In this document: in pieces, positions 29,253 to 39,346 of the stretch
Numbering within the stretch: position 1 is the stretch's first letter
Layout: each line of letters begins with the position of its first letter
Assembly (NCBI GenBank): GCA_031417915.1
Contig: JANOWN010000028.1
Coordinates: forward strand, 26,936-90,935
DNA length: 64,000 nt
Direction: 5' to 3'
Source: Methylotenera sp.
GTDB lineage: Bacteria; Pseudomonadota; Gammaproteobacteria; Burkholderiales; Methylophilaceae
Notes under the pieces: model-generated
Databases searched by the model: none
What the model was told of the DNA's origin: nothing
The model's input: the letters and a program-made list of their open reading frames with translations, nothing else
Program-made: the position numbers and the translations under genes

Positions 29253-30686
29253 TTACTCTTTGGCAACTTTTGGTTTCACTGTTTTAGGTTTAACCGTTTT
29301 TTCTTTCACAGTTTTAGGATTAACATCAGTCTCTGGTGATTCTCCAGCATCCGCATGGATATTGCCTTCCATGGCAGTTATTTTGGGCTTAATATTTGTT
29401 TTATCTGCTTCTACTTTACGCTCAAACACTGCCGCAAAAAAACCATCGGTACCGTGCAGATGCGGCAATAGTTTTAAATATTTTCCTGTATCCAGCTTGA
29501 TTTGTTGCTGTGCCAATATTTCACTTGCAGGCATCAACCTAAATTCAGGGTTTGCGCTTAAAAACGCTTCGGCAATCGCTTCATTTTCATCTTGCATCAA
29601 GCTACAAGTAGCGTAGATTAAGCGTCCGCCCGCTTTAGTGAGTTTGGCAGCACGCGCTAAAATTGCGGCTTGCTTCACGTTTAATTCGGCAATATCTTTT
29701 TCTTCAAACCGCCATTTTAAGTCAGGATTCCTGCGCAGCGTGCCAAAACCGCTACATGGCGCGTCGACCAACACGCGATCAAACTTGCCGTTTAAGCGTT
29801 TTAATTTTGGGTCAGTTTCACTGCTAATGACTTGCGCATGCAAGTTAGATAAACCCGAGCGTTTTAGACGTTTACCCAAATTCATTAAACGTTTTTCTGA
29901 CACATCAAACGCGTACAAACGGCCAGTGTTCTTCATCAATGCGCCGATTGCCAAGGTTTTTCCGCCCGCGCCTGCGCAAAAATCGGCCACCATTTGCCCA
30001 CGTTTGGGCGCGACTAAATAACTTAAAAGCTGACTGCCTTCATCTTGTACTTCGATTTTTCCTTCAGTAAACAATACATGCTTGCTAATGTTCATGCGCC
30101 CTGGCATGCGAATGCCGATTGGCGAATGCGGCGTAATTTCGATGGTGTTTTCGTTAGAAGTATTTTCTGCCAACATTCTTTTTAGCGTGTCTTCGCGATT
30201 GCCTTTGATGGTGTTGACGCGCAAATCCAAGCTCGCTTGCTCGTGCATGCTGCGGCAAATCGTCAGCGCTTCCGCCTCGCCATATTGCGCTACCAGCTTG
30301 TGCCACAGCCAATCGCGCACATCGGCCTGCACGGCCAAAGGCAGGTTTTCAGTCGATTTAGCTTTAATGGTGTGCGCCCACTCAGTTTGCTGCTCATTGA
30401 GCACCGATTCCATCTCGCGTATGCTTTTGCCCTGCACGCGCAACAACCACGCCAATATGAGCTTACGCGCATCATCTGGGTCATTTTCCTCATTTGCGGT
30501 AACGGTGCTTAAATAACGCAAACGGCGCAACACGCCATAGACGCTCTCGGCCACAAAAGCGCGATCCTTTGTACCTAAATCGCGATTATTGCGAAAAAAG
30601 TCGCTCAATTTTGCATCCGCTGGGCTATTAAAATCGAGTATATTGGCCAGCATCATTGCAGCTTGACGGATTAAATTTGGAGTCAT
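29253..30686 (-). CDS. RsmB/NOP family class I SAM-dependent RNA methyltransferase with Lys-rich C-terminal extension
   Basis: VQDEGSQ, DFCAGAGGKT, DAPCSG, YATCS and TDGFF motifs. Confidence 0.92.
   Translation of the reverse strand: MTPNLIRQAAMMLANILDFNSPADAKLSDFFRNNRDLGTKDRAFVAESVYGVLRRLRYLSTVTANEENDPDDARKLILAWLLRVQGKSIREMESVLNEQQTEWAHTIKAKSTENLPLAVQADVRDWLWHKLVAQYGEAEALTICRSMHEQASLDLRVNTIKGNREDTLKRMLAENTSNENTIEITPHSPIGIRMPGRMNISKHVLFTEGKIEVQDEGSQLLSYLVAPKRGQMVADFCAGAGGKTLAIGALMKNTGRLYAFDVSEKRLMNLGKRLKRSGLSNLHAQVISSETDPKLKRLNGKFDRVLVDAPCSGFGTLRRNPDLKWRFEEKDIAELNVKQAAILARAAKLTKAGGRLIYATCSLMQDENEAIAEAFLSANPEFRLMPASEILAQQQIKLDTGKYLKLLPHLHGTDGFFAAVFERKVEADKTNIKPKITAMEGNIHADAGESPETDVNPKTVKEKTVKPKTVKPKVAKE
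29342..29376 (-). repeat. Intragenic copy of the AATATCCATGC-loop motif in the RsmB-family gene
   Basis: TGCCATGGAAGGC-AATATCCATGC-GGATGCTGGAG; 31/35 identical to the gcvH copy. Confidence 0.75.
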
Positions 30687-30712
30687 TGTTTGTCTTTATT
30701 TAAATTAACTTG

Positions 30713-31810
30713 CTATTCTGGTTGTGTGGGGCGATTTGAATTGATGCGAGTCGCTACCATTTCGACCACATCGCCATTCTTTTCTATTTTACGGATTTTT
30801 ACTGGCACGTACTGATAATCTATCGCTAGCCACAGTTCTGTTTTTTCATCGGAGTCGATGCCGCTATGCACAATACGCATGGTTTTAATCTCTCCAAGCG
30901 AAGAATTTATGTTTTCTTCGCCCTCAAAACTATAATCATAAATTTTTAAACTTTTGCCAGTCGCGATAGGGATTTGCATGGTTTGCAAAGGTGCCACGTG
31001 CATAAATTGATACATAAAACTCAGTAAATCTTGCGCGCCTTCGGGCAATTCTTCAGTTTTAGTACCTTTTGAAGTCTGCATCGTCACTTTTTTATTCGCC
31101 CAATCAAAATTGGCAGTGCGCGTTTTCTCTGTTTTACTACCAAATTGATACAAATAACTGGTAGGCTGCAAACCAGTTTTAACGAGAAAGCCCTCGCTGA
31201 CTTGTAGTAAATCTGGAAATATCAATGCAGCAAAACCTTTGCCTTCTGTGAGCCATTTCAACTGATAATGATTTCCATCGATTAGATTGTAGGTGATTTT
31301 GGCTGTACCGTCTGCGCTGCCGCCAATCTTCGTGCGCACATCAAAATCTGTCTCCACAAACTGGTAAGCATTTTCGTTGATCACCAAGCCAATATCGGCT
31401 GACTGGAGCTCTTGTGGCGGTTCAGACACGCTATTTTCTGGCGGCGACGTGACTACAGGTTCAGGTGTTGGCATTGGCACCGCTTCCTCAACTACAGGCG
31501 CTGGATTCTCAACTTCTTGTATAGGTTCTGGTTCTGGCGCAGGAGGCGCTTCTGGCTTGGCTTCTGCGGGTGGCTCTGGTGCAACTTCCTCTTCTGGTTT
31601 GGGCATTTCTACTGGCTTTACTATTTCTCTCTCAGGAGCTTTAGGCATCTGAATTCTTGCCTCAATCAGGTGCATTTCTTTTTTTAAGTGTGGCAATGTT
31701 AAATCAAGCCCATCCAATAAAAAAATGTGCAGCAACATTGAAACTAACAACGCAACCCCAAGCCGCTTGTGGCTTGGGTCTTGGATCAATTCTGCAATTT
31801 TATTCCACAT
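30713..31810 (-). CDS. DUF3108 domain protein with N-terminal anchor and Pro/Glu-rich linker
   Basis: SMLLH TM; PE-rich spacer; QDLLSFMYQF and LWLA-DY-YVPVKIR motifs. Confidence 0.82.
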   Translation of the reverse strand: MWNKIAELIQDPSHKRLGVALLVSMLLHIFLLDGLDLTLPHLKKEMHLIEARIQMPKAPEREIVKPVEMPKPEEEVAPEPPAEAKPEAPPAPEPEPIQEVENPAPVVEEAVPMPTPEPVVTSPPENSVSEPPQELQSADIGLVINENAYQFVETDFDVRTKIGGSADGTAKITYNLIDGNHYQLKWLTEGKGFAALIFPDLLQVSEGFLVKTGLQPTSYLYQFGSKTEKTRTANFDWANKKVTMQTSKGTKTEELPEGAQDLLSFMYQFMHVAPLQTMQIPIATGKSLKIYDYSFEGEENINSSLGEIKTMRIVHSGIDSDEKTELWLAIDYQYVPVKIRKIEKNGDVVEMVATRINSNRPTQPE

Positions 31811-32504
31811 GAATTTTTGTTAGCGTTTGCTCAAAACTATCGCCATCTTCATCCGTCAGCTTGTAGCGCACTGGTAAATAATACTTATCTTCTGCTAACC
31901 AAAGCTGCTTTTTGTCGTCACCCGCCGCGGCTTCGTTGGAAATATGCAGCGTTTTATAGCTCACTTTAGCTGCATCCAATTTTAGGCCGCGCGCCATCAC
32001 TTTATATTGATAAGTATGCAGCCTTTTACCCGTAGTTATCTTCACATTTACTTCGTCTTTTGTAGGCGGATTAAACATAAACTGATACAAGTAGCTGGCT
32101 AAATCTTGCGTGCCTTTCTCTAAATTTTCGGTTCTATTTTCGCCTTTAACTTGCATATTAAGCGTGCTCTTTGACCAATTAAAATCGGCAATCAAGGTTT
32201 TTTTTTCACTTTTTCCTTGATGCAACTCAAAATGACTTGGTTTTAAACCTTCCTTGGCAACCGCGCCAGTGCTAGTGAGTACACGCTCCCCCATTAGCGC
32301 ATAAACGCCTATACCTCTGGTTACCGATTTAATGCGATATTGCTTACCATTTTGCGTGAAGCTTTCTTTCACTTTAGCAAACAATTTTCCATTGCGCGCT
32401 ACATCGTACTCAAGTTGAATATTTTTTGGGTATGCAAATGCTAGATTTGTGCCTAGAAAAAATAAAACAATCACTTGCGCTGGTTTTAACATGGGCTTTA
32501 ACAT
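31800..32504 (-). CDS. DUF3108 domain protein (secreted)
   Basis: Signal peptide; QDLASYLYQF and LWLA-D-YYLPVR motifs; paralog of the downstream gene. Confidence 0.82.
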   Translation of the reverse strand: MLKPMLKPAQVIVLFFLGTNLAFAYPKNIQLEYDVARNGKLFAKVKESFTQNGKQYRIKSVTRGIGVYALMGERVLTSTGAVAKEGLKPSHFELHQGKSEKKTLIADFNWSKSTLNMQVKGENRTENLEKGTQDLASYLYQFMFNPPTKDEVNVKITTGKRLHTYQYKVMARGLKLDAAKVSYKTLHISNEAAAGDDKKQLWLAEDKYYLPVRYKLTDEDGDSFEQTLTKIHVE

Positions 32505-32559
32505 GCGTTTCTTTCGAGTTTAAAAGCATTTAACGCTTAGCAGCTAAACCAGTTGTCAA

Positions 32560-33633
32560 TTAAACAACAACTGTAGCTGCTTCACCCGCGGCTTGTGTAC
32601 GAATATGGCCAATTTCATACACAGTTTCGCCATTCGCTTCTAGCAATTTTTTAGCTTGTGCCACATGGCTTTTATCTAGCACAATCGCCATGCCGATGCC
32701 GCAGTTAAAGGTTTTATACATCTCGCTGTGGGTAATGTTGCCTTGCGCTTGCAACCATTGAAATAACGGTGGCAACGTCCAACTAGTTTTGCTAATTTCT
32801 GCGGTTAAGCCTGCAGGCAACACACGTGGAATGTTCTCGGTAATACCACCGCCAGTAATATGTGCCATGCCCTTAACTGGTAGCGTATCAATTAGTTTTA
32901 GCAGTGATTTCACATAAATTTTAGTGGGCGCCATCACCACATCTTTAAATTTTCGCCCATGAAAGTTTGATTCAAAATCAATACCAGAATTGGCAATCAA
33001 CTTACGAATCAGCGAATAGCCATTAGAATGCGCGCCGCTAGAAGCTAAGCCTAAAACCACATCGCCAGCCGCAATGCTCAATCCATTAATAATCTTTTCT
33101 TTATCTACACAACCCACCGCAAAGCCTGCTAAATCGTACTCGCCTGCAGGGTACATGCCTGGCATTTCAGCGGTTTCGCCACCTACCAGCGCGCAGCCAG
33201 ATTGTTCGCAACCTTCGGCAATGCCTTTAATCACTTGCGCTGCAGTACCAACCTCCAGCTTGCCACAGGCAAAATAATCTAAGAAGAACAATGGCTCAGC
33301 GCCTTGTACTAAGATGTCATTCACGCTCATCGCGACTAAATCAATGCCCACGGTATCGTGCTTATTGAGCTCAAAGGCCAGTTTTAACTTAGTACCGACG
33401 CCATCGGTACCAGAAACTAACACAGGGTTTTTAAACTTTTTTGGCATTTCAAATAATGAGCCAAATCCGCCAATACCAGCCAACACTTCTGGCCGCATGG
33501 TGCGCTTGGCAAAAGGCTTAATTTGGTCTATTAGTGCATCGCCCGCCTCAATATCAACGCCTGCGTCTTTGTAGCTGATAGAAGTTTTCTTGTCTGCGTC
33601 TTTATTTGTATTTGTACTCAAGCCATATCTCAT
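32560..33633 (-). CDS. purM: Phosphoribosylformylglycinamidine cyclo-ligase
   Basis: [40 protein letters not shown] and TFNCGIG motifs. Confidence 0.98.
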   Translation of the reverse strand: MRYGLSTNTNKDADKKTSISYKDAGVDIEAGDALIDQIKPFAKRTMRPEVLAGIGGFGSLFEMPKKFKNPVLVSGTDGVGTKLKLAFELNKHDTVGIDLVAMSVNDILVQGAEPLFFLDYFACGKLEVGTAAQVIKGIAEGCEQSGCALVGGETAEMPGMYPAGEYDLAGFAVGCVDKEKIINGLSIAAGDVVLGLASSGAHSNGYSLIRKLIANSGIDFESNFHGRKFKDVVMAPTKIYVKSLLKLIDTLPVKGMAHITGGGITENIPRVLPAGLTAEISKTSWTLPPLFQWLQAQGNITHSEMYKTFNCGIGMAIVLDKSHVAQAKKLLEANGETVYEIGHIRTQAAGEAATVVV

Positions 33634-33706
33634 TTCAATTTATTGCTGTAAATTCAGTATAATTCATGCATATCTATACTTTCACCAACTGCTATTTTAA
33701 CTCACT

Positions 33707-34819
33707 ATGGCTAATCAACCAAAAAACACTAACAATGCAAAAAATACTAGCTTAGCTAGTTTTATAGCTAATAATCGCTGGCTAATACTCTGCGCTGTTT
33801 TTTTATTTTTACTATACCAATTATTGCCTGTGCTAGCGCCCTTTTTAGTGGCGGCAATTTTGGCTTATATTTGCGACCCTTTAGTGGATAAGCTGAGTGC
33901 TTTGGGCTATAAAAAATATCAATTTGGTCGCACTATTTCTACAGTATTGGTGATGCTGGCGATTTTAGCGGCTATTGTTTTACTTATTTTAATTATATTT
34001 CCGCTGCTGCAAAAGCAATCGCTGCTTATTGTAGAACGTTTACCTAATATTACGGACAACCTACGTGCAACGATTGAGCCATGGCTACAAACTAAATTTG
34101 GCATTAGTTTAAATATTGATAGCGCACACATACAAGAAATTATCAGCAAAAACTGGAAAACTGCTGGCAATTTATTAGGTGATGTTTTACAAACAGCTGG
34201 CACAAATGGCCTTGCGCTCATTGGTGTGGTGGCCAATATTTTATTATTACCCGTGGTGCTATTTTATTTGTTGCGCGATTGGGATACCTTGATCGCTGGC
34301 ATTAGTAAGTTGATTCCACGTGATTTAATTGCAAAAAGCACCGAAATTGCACAAGAAGTTGACCAAATGCTGGCCGAATTTTTACGCGGACAACTTACCG
34401 TCATGGTGCTGATGAGCATTTTTTATTCCGCAGGTTTGTGGCTGGCTGGCCTAGATAACGCGTTACCTATTGGCATTATTGCAGGCCTGCTAAACTTTGT
34501 ACCTTACCTTGGGCCTGCGCTGGGCATGGGCTTGGCGCTGTTAGTGGGCGCATTACAATTTAGTAGTTTTGGGCAAATTATCCCAGTGCTGGTGGTATTT
34601 GGCCTTGGCCAACTAATAGAAAGTAACTACATTACGCCCAAACTGGTGGGTGAACGCATTGGCTTGCACCCTGTAGTCGTTATCTTTGCTTTATTAGCCG
34701 GTGGCCAATTGTTCGGCTTCGCTGGCGTGCTGCTCGCCCTGCCAGTTACCGCAACCATTGCAGTAGCGTTGCAACACACCAAAGATAGCTATTTAGATAG
34801 CGATGCGTATCTTAAATAG
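33707..34819 (+). CDS. AI-2E family transporter (PerM)
   Basis: FYLLRDW, FLRGQL, FVPYLG and PKLVGERIGLHPV motifs; purM/hda context. Confidence 0.92.
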   Translation: MANQPKNTNNAKNTSLASFIANNRWLILCAVFLFLLYQLLPVLAPFLVAAILAYICDPLVDKLSALGYKKYQFGRTISTVLVMLAILAAIVLLILIIFPLLQKQSLLIVERLPNITDNLRATIEPWLQTKFGISLNIDSAHIQEIISKNWKTAGNLLGDVLQTAGTNGLALIGVVANILLLPVVLFYLLRDWDTLIAGISKLIPRDLIAKSTEIAQEVDQMLAEFLRGQLTVMVLMSIFYSAGLWLAGLDNALPIGIIAGLLNFVPYLGPALGMGLALLVGALQFSSFGQIIPVLVVFGLGQLIESNYITPKLVGERIGLHPVVVIFALLAGGQLFGFAGVLLALPVTATIAVALQHTKDSYLDSDAYLK

Positions 34820-34855
34820 CTGGCTAGACTTTAGGTTGGCTAAATAAAAACTAGT

Positions 34856-35458
34856 ATGAAGCAATTACTACTCGACATTAAACCTGCGGCCGCGCCAACA
34901 TTAGATAATTTTATTGTTGGCCGCAACGCAGAAGCATTAGCGAGTTTAAAAGCTGTGATTGCGGGCGAGCAAACAAAATTTGTCTACTTTTGGGGCCAAA
35001 CTGGTAGTGGAAAATCACATTTACTATCGGCCTGCAAGGCAATAGGCATGCGGGTGCATGATAATGTACATTTATTGAATATCGATGCACAAATTGCACT
35101 ATTCAACCAATATAATCAGCTAAAAGAAGTAGATGAAATATTAATTACCGCTGGCTTACACGCGCCTACGCAAATGGGGCTGCGCGATGATTTGGCCACC
35201 CGCTTGGCTTGGGGCTTGGTGTATCAATTGCATCCGCTGAATGACGATGAAAAAGCACAGGCACTAAAACTACATGCGCTTGAGCGTGGCATGAAACTGC
35301 CCGATGAAGTCACCGATTACTGCCTGCGCTACTTGCGCCGCGACTTACCCACTTTAATGGCGACTTTAGATGCATTGGATGAATGGTCATTGACTGAGAA
35401 AAAACCTGTGACTGTACCGATGTTGAAAAAGCTATTGCAGTTGGATTTGGGGATTTAA
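34856..35458 (+). CDS. hda: DnaA regulatory inactivator Hda (short form)
   Basis: QLLLDI clamp-binding motif, GQTGSGKS, DLATRLAWG, RRDLPTL. Confidence 0.9.
   Translation: MKQLLLDIKPAAAPTLDNFIVGRNAEALASLKAVIAGEQTKFVYFWGQTGSGKSHLLSACKAIGMRVHDNVHLLNIDAQIALFNQYNQLKEVDEILITAGLHAPTQMGLRDDLATRLAWGLVYQLHPLNDDEKAQALKLHALERGMKLPDEVTDYCLRYLRRDLPTLMATLDALDEWSLTEKKPVTVPMLKKLLQLDLGI
35029..35058 (+). repeat. Intragenic copy of the AATATCCATGC-loop motif in hda
   Basis: GGCCTGCAAGGC-AATAGGCATGC-GGGTGCA; 3 substitutions and 1 gap vs consensus. Confidence 0.7.
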
Positions 35459-35472
35459 CAAACTAACCCCCC

Positions 35473-36501
35473 ATGGTTGATAAATTTCGTGCAAATAGTC
35501 ATTACGTACCAGAAAATTATTTAAATAACTGGTGTGATTCAAACAATAAATTATTGCGATACTCATTATTAGTGCCGCACGAAAACTATCCTATATGGAA
35601 GTCATCTACACCAAATGGAATTTGCAAACATAGACATCTCTACACAAGTTTAATAGATGGAAAAGAGTCAGATAATATTGAAAGATGGTTTGATGCTCAT
35701 TTTGAAACCCCTGCCGCTGAACCGATAAAAAAAGCTGTTAGAGGAAATAGGCTGTCTCCAAAAGACTGGGAGCTACTAATAAAGTTTTTAGCGGCTCAAG
35801 ATGTTAGAACACCTGCTCGCATGTTTGAAATTATAAAGCGAGGTGAAAAAACGGTACCTGAAATTACCGACAATATTCTTAAAAATATTGTCGAAGAGTT
35901 TCAAGAGTTAAAAGCTTCCGGGAGGCTTCCTAAGTCTGAAAAGCTTGAACACTCCAATCTTTTGCCTATAAAGGTTAAAACAGAATTTGGGCCAAATCAA
36001 GATAATGGAACTCTAAGAGTGGAAACAACTGTTGGGCGCGGTTATTGGTTATACAATATCAAATACTTACTTGAAAATACTATCAAGCATCTACTAAAAC
36101 ACCAATGGACAATTTTACATAGTCCAAAAGAAATTGAATGGTTGACTAGCGACGATCCTGTAATAAAACTAAATTACAATAGCCTTGCAGAATACGATTA
36201 TGGCGGTGGTTGGGGCAGTGTTGGAACAGAAATATTTATGCCTTTATCAACAAAACATTTACTGTATACACGAATAGGAGATAAACGGCTGCCGCGAGGA
36301 ACTACATTAACAAGAGAGCAGGCACTTATATTCCAACGTCTAATAGCGGGGCATGCTCATCGCTGTATATACTCAAAATCTCAAAATGACTTAGTTCTTG
36401 GACTTCGTCCTAGAGTCGTTTGCTTAAAAACATTTAATGACGAACGTGAACAATGGAAACATTGGCATGCTGAAAATATAGCCTCAGAACTAAATCCATA
36501 A
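35473..36501 (+). CDS. DUF4238 domain protein
   Basis: HYVPENYLNNW N-terminus and WLTSDDPV motif; visibly AT-richer than neighbours. Confidence 0.78.
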   Translation: MVDKFRANSHYVPENYLNNWCDSNNKLLRYSLLVPHENYPIWKSSTPNGICKHRHLYTSLIDGKESDNIERWFDAHFETPAAEPIKKAVRGNRLSPKDWELLIKFLAAQDVRTPARMFEIIKRGEKTVPEITDNILKNIVEEFQELKASGRLPKSEKLEHSNLLPIKVKTEFGPNQDNGTLRVETTVGRGYWLYNIKYLLENTIKHLLKHQWTILHSPKEIEWLTSDDPVIKLNYNSLAEYDYGGGWGSVGTEIFMPLSTKHLLYTRIGDKRLPRGTTLTREQALIFQRLIAGHAHRCIYSKSQNDLVLGLRPRVVCLKTFNDEREQWKHWHAENIASELNP

Positions 36502-36541
36502 ACTAAAAATGATAGATAAATACTATCCTAAAGGTTAAAAC

Positions 36542-38176
36542 ATGCTACGTGTAACTGAAATAAAATTACCCTTAATCACTTCTGCCGAAACAGGTCATAC
36601 AGACGCTGAAATTAGAGCGGCTTTGGTTAAAAAGTTAGCCATTAACGCCGCAGATATCGTTAGTTTTTCTATTTTTAAACGCGGCGTAGATGCACGTAAA
36701 TCGCATGCGATTTTATTTGTGTATTCGCTCGACGTGGTGGTGAATGGCGAGGCTAAATTACTGGCTAAGCTTGCTAAAGACCCGCACGTAAAGCCAACGC
36801 CTGATACTGATTACAAATTTGTAGCAAACAATCTTTCATCCGCAAAACCACGTCCTATTATTGTCGGTTTTGGCCCTGCAGGTATTTTTTCTGCTTTAAT
36901 TTTGGCGCAAGCAGGCTTTAAACCGATTGTATTAGAGCGCGGAAAAGCAGTTAGAGATAGAACGAAAGATACGTGGGGCTTCTGGCGCAAAAGTACTTTA
37001 AACCCAGAATCGAACGTGCAGTTTGGTGAAGGTGGCGCAGGCACATTTTCAGATGGTAAGTTGTGGAGCCAAATTAAAGACCCCAAACATTACGGCCGCA
37101 AAGTGTTGCAAGAGTTTGTCGCCGCAGGTGCGCCGCCCGAGATTTTATACGTAAGTCACCCGCATATTGGTACGTTTAGGCTAGTCGGCATGGTAGAAAC
37201 CATGCGTAAAACCATTGAATCACTTGGCGGTGAGATACGTTTTGAATCGCGTGTGGATGATATTGAAATTACAAATGGCCAAGTGCAAGCTGTGATGCTA
37301 GCAACTGGCGAGCGCATTGCAACCAATCACTTAGTGTTAGCGGTTGGCCACAGTGCACGCGATACGTTTGAGATGATTCACCGTAAAAATATTTACATTG
37401 AAGCCAAACCGTTCAGCATTGGTTTTCGCATTGAGCACCCGCAATCATTAATAGACAAAGCGCGCTACGGTAACAGCTATAGTGAAGATATTTTAAGCAA
37501 GCTCGGCTCAGCCGAGTACAAGCTAGTGCATCACGCCAGCAATGGCCGCAGCGTGTATAGTTTTTGCATGTGCCCAGGCGGCACGGTGGTGGCCGCGGCA
37601 TCTGAAGCAGGTCGCGTAGTAACTAACGGCATGAGTCAATACAGCCGCAACGAGCGCAACGCCAATGCAGGCATTGTGGTGGGCATTACGCCCGAGGTGG
37701 ATTACCCTGATAACCCATTAGCGGGCATGCAATTGCAGCGTGATTTAGAAGCTAAAGCCTATGTACTAGGCGGCAGCAATTATGCTGCACCTGCACAATT
37801 AATTGGCGATTTCTTAAACAATACGCCGTCGACCAAATTTGGCGATGTAACACCAAGCTACACGCCTAGCGTGCACCTGACCAATTTAAACGAAGCCTTG
37901 CCAGAGTTTGCTATTAGTGCGATTCGCGAGGCGATACCTGAATTTGCCAAGCAAGTACGCGGTTACGATTTAGCAGATGGCTTGTTAACGGGCGTTGAAA
38001 CGCGCACCTCTGCGCCGATTCGTATAAAACGCGATGACGAAAGCTTGCAAAGCATTAACACCAAAGGTTTGTACCCTTGCGGCGAAGGCGCTGGGTACGC
38101 GGGCGGTATTTTGTCGGCGGGTGTGGACGGGATTAGAATAGCAGAAGCTGTAGCGCTGAGTATTACCAATGATTAA
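36542..38176 (+). CDS. NAD(P)/FAD-dependent oxidoreductase (uncharacterised conserved family)
   Basis: GFGPAG, QFGEGGAGTFSDGK, FCMCPGG, VTNGMS and GEGAGYAGGILSA motifs. Confidence 0.9.
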   Translation: MLRVTEIKLPLITSAETGHTDAEIRAALVKKLAINAADIVSFSIFKRGVDARKSHAILFVYSLDVVVNGEAKLLAKLAKDPHVKPTPDTDYKFVANNLSSAKPRPIIVGFGPAGIFSALILAQAGFKPIVLERGKAVRDRTKDTWGFWRKSTLNPESNVQFGEGGAGTFSDGKLWSQIKDPKHYGRKVLQEFVAAGAPPEILYVSHPHIGTFRLVGMVETMRKTIESLGGEIRFESRVDDIEITNGQVQAVMLATGERIATNHLVLAVGHSARDTFEMIHRKNIYIEAKPFSIGFRIEHPQSLIDKARYGNSYSEDILSKLGSAEYKLVHHASNGRSVYSFCMCPGGTVVAAASEAGRVVTNGMSQYSRNERNANAGIVVGITPEVDYPDNPLAGMQLQRDLEAKAYVLGGSNYAAPAQLIGDFLNNTPSTKFGDVTPSYTPSVHLTNLNEALPEFAISAIREAIPEFAKQVRGYDLADGLLTGVETRTSAPIRIKRDDESLQSINTKGLYPCGEGAGYAGGILSAGVDGIRIAEAVALSITND

Positions 38177-38208
38177 ATAGCACTTGAGATTTTGTTAGGA
38201 ATTTTGAT

Positions 38209-39315
38209 ATGAAAAAAATATTTCAAGACTTTAAAACTATTATGACTTGGCCAATCATTGCACCAGTGGCTGCTTGGTTGATTCTAGCCGGTACGCAAGT
38301 TGGTATTGTTGAAAGCCTAGGTGATGTTTATTTACTGATTATGTCCGTAGGCTTAATTGGTACCGTGCTAGCGGCAGTGCATCATGCAGAAGTAGTGGCG
38401 CACAAATTAGGCGAGCCATTTGGTACTTTGTTACTGGCTGTTGCCATTACTATCATCGAAGTCGCATTGATTTTATCGCTAATGCTTGCTGGTGGATCTG
38501 AAACAGCCGCATTAGCGCGTGATACTGTATTTGCCGCCGTCATGATTATCGTATCTGGCATTGTGGGGCTGTGTTTGTTAATTGGTGGCGTATTACATAA
38601 AGTGCAGGTGTTTAAATTACATGGCGCTAATGCGGCACTGACCACACTCACTGCAATTATGGTACTCACACTGGTGTTGCCAAACTACACCAACACAACG
38701 GCCGGTCCAATTTATAGCACCAGTCAGCTCGCTTTTATCGCAGTGGTTTCACTTGTGCTGTATGGCACCTTTGTATTCGTGCAAATCGTTCGGCACAGAA
38801 ACTATTTTTTAGAGGCAGATGATACGGATATTGCAAAAGCCTATACACCAAGCACCAGTAAAAAAGTGGCTATTTTAAGTACAGTTTTATTGCTTGTTTG
38901 TTTAGTCGCAGTGGTGTTGCTGGCTAAATCACTAGCGCCTAGTATAGAAGCACTCGTCATCTCGATTGGCGCACCACATCAGCTGGTGGGGGTCATTATC
39001 GCGAGTATTGTATTGTTACCAGAAGGCTTGGCTGCAGTGCGCGCAGCACGTAAAAATATGTTTCAAACCAGCTTGAATTTAGCGCTTGGCTCTGCACTTG
39101 CTAGCATTGGGCTGACCATTCCAGCAGTTGCTGTTTTATCATTAATGATGGGTTGGACGCTGGTGCTTGGCATTGATATGAAATCAACCGTGTTGTTGTT
39201 GTTGGCTTTATTCGTTACGTCAATATCGCTTTCAACTGGGCGTACTAACGTGTTGCAAGGCGTCATACTATTAGTGATTTTTGCTGTGTATTTATTTACT
39301 ACGGTGATTCCATAA
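38209..39315 (+). CDS. Calcium:proton antiporter (ChaA-like CaCA)
   Basis: HHAEVVAH-LGEPFGTL, ARDTVFAAVM, LLPE and NLALGSALASIGLT motifs. Confidence 0.88.
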   Translation: MKKIFQDFKTIMTWPIIAPVAAWLILAGTQVGIVESLGDVYLLIMSVGLIGTVLAAVHHAEVVAHKLGEPFGTLLLAVAITIIEVALILSLMLAGGSETAALARDTVFAAVMIIVSGIVGLCLLIGGVLHKVQVFKLHGANAALTTLTAIMVLTLVLPNYTNTTAGPIYSTSQLAFIAVVSLVLYGTFVFVQIVRHRNYFLEADDTDIAKAYTPSTSKKVAILSTVLLLVCLVAVVLLAKSLAPSIEALVISIGAPHQLVGVIIASIVLLPEGLAAVRAARKNMFQTSLNLALGSALASIGLTIPAVAVLSLMMGWTLVLGIDMKSTVLLLLALFVTSISLSTGRTNVLQGVILLVIFAVYLFTTVIP

Positions 39316-39346
39316 TAGATTGAATTAAAAGTAATTAATATACTTG

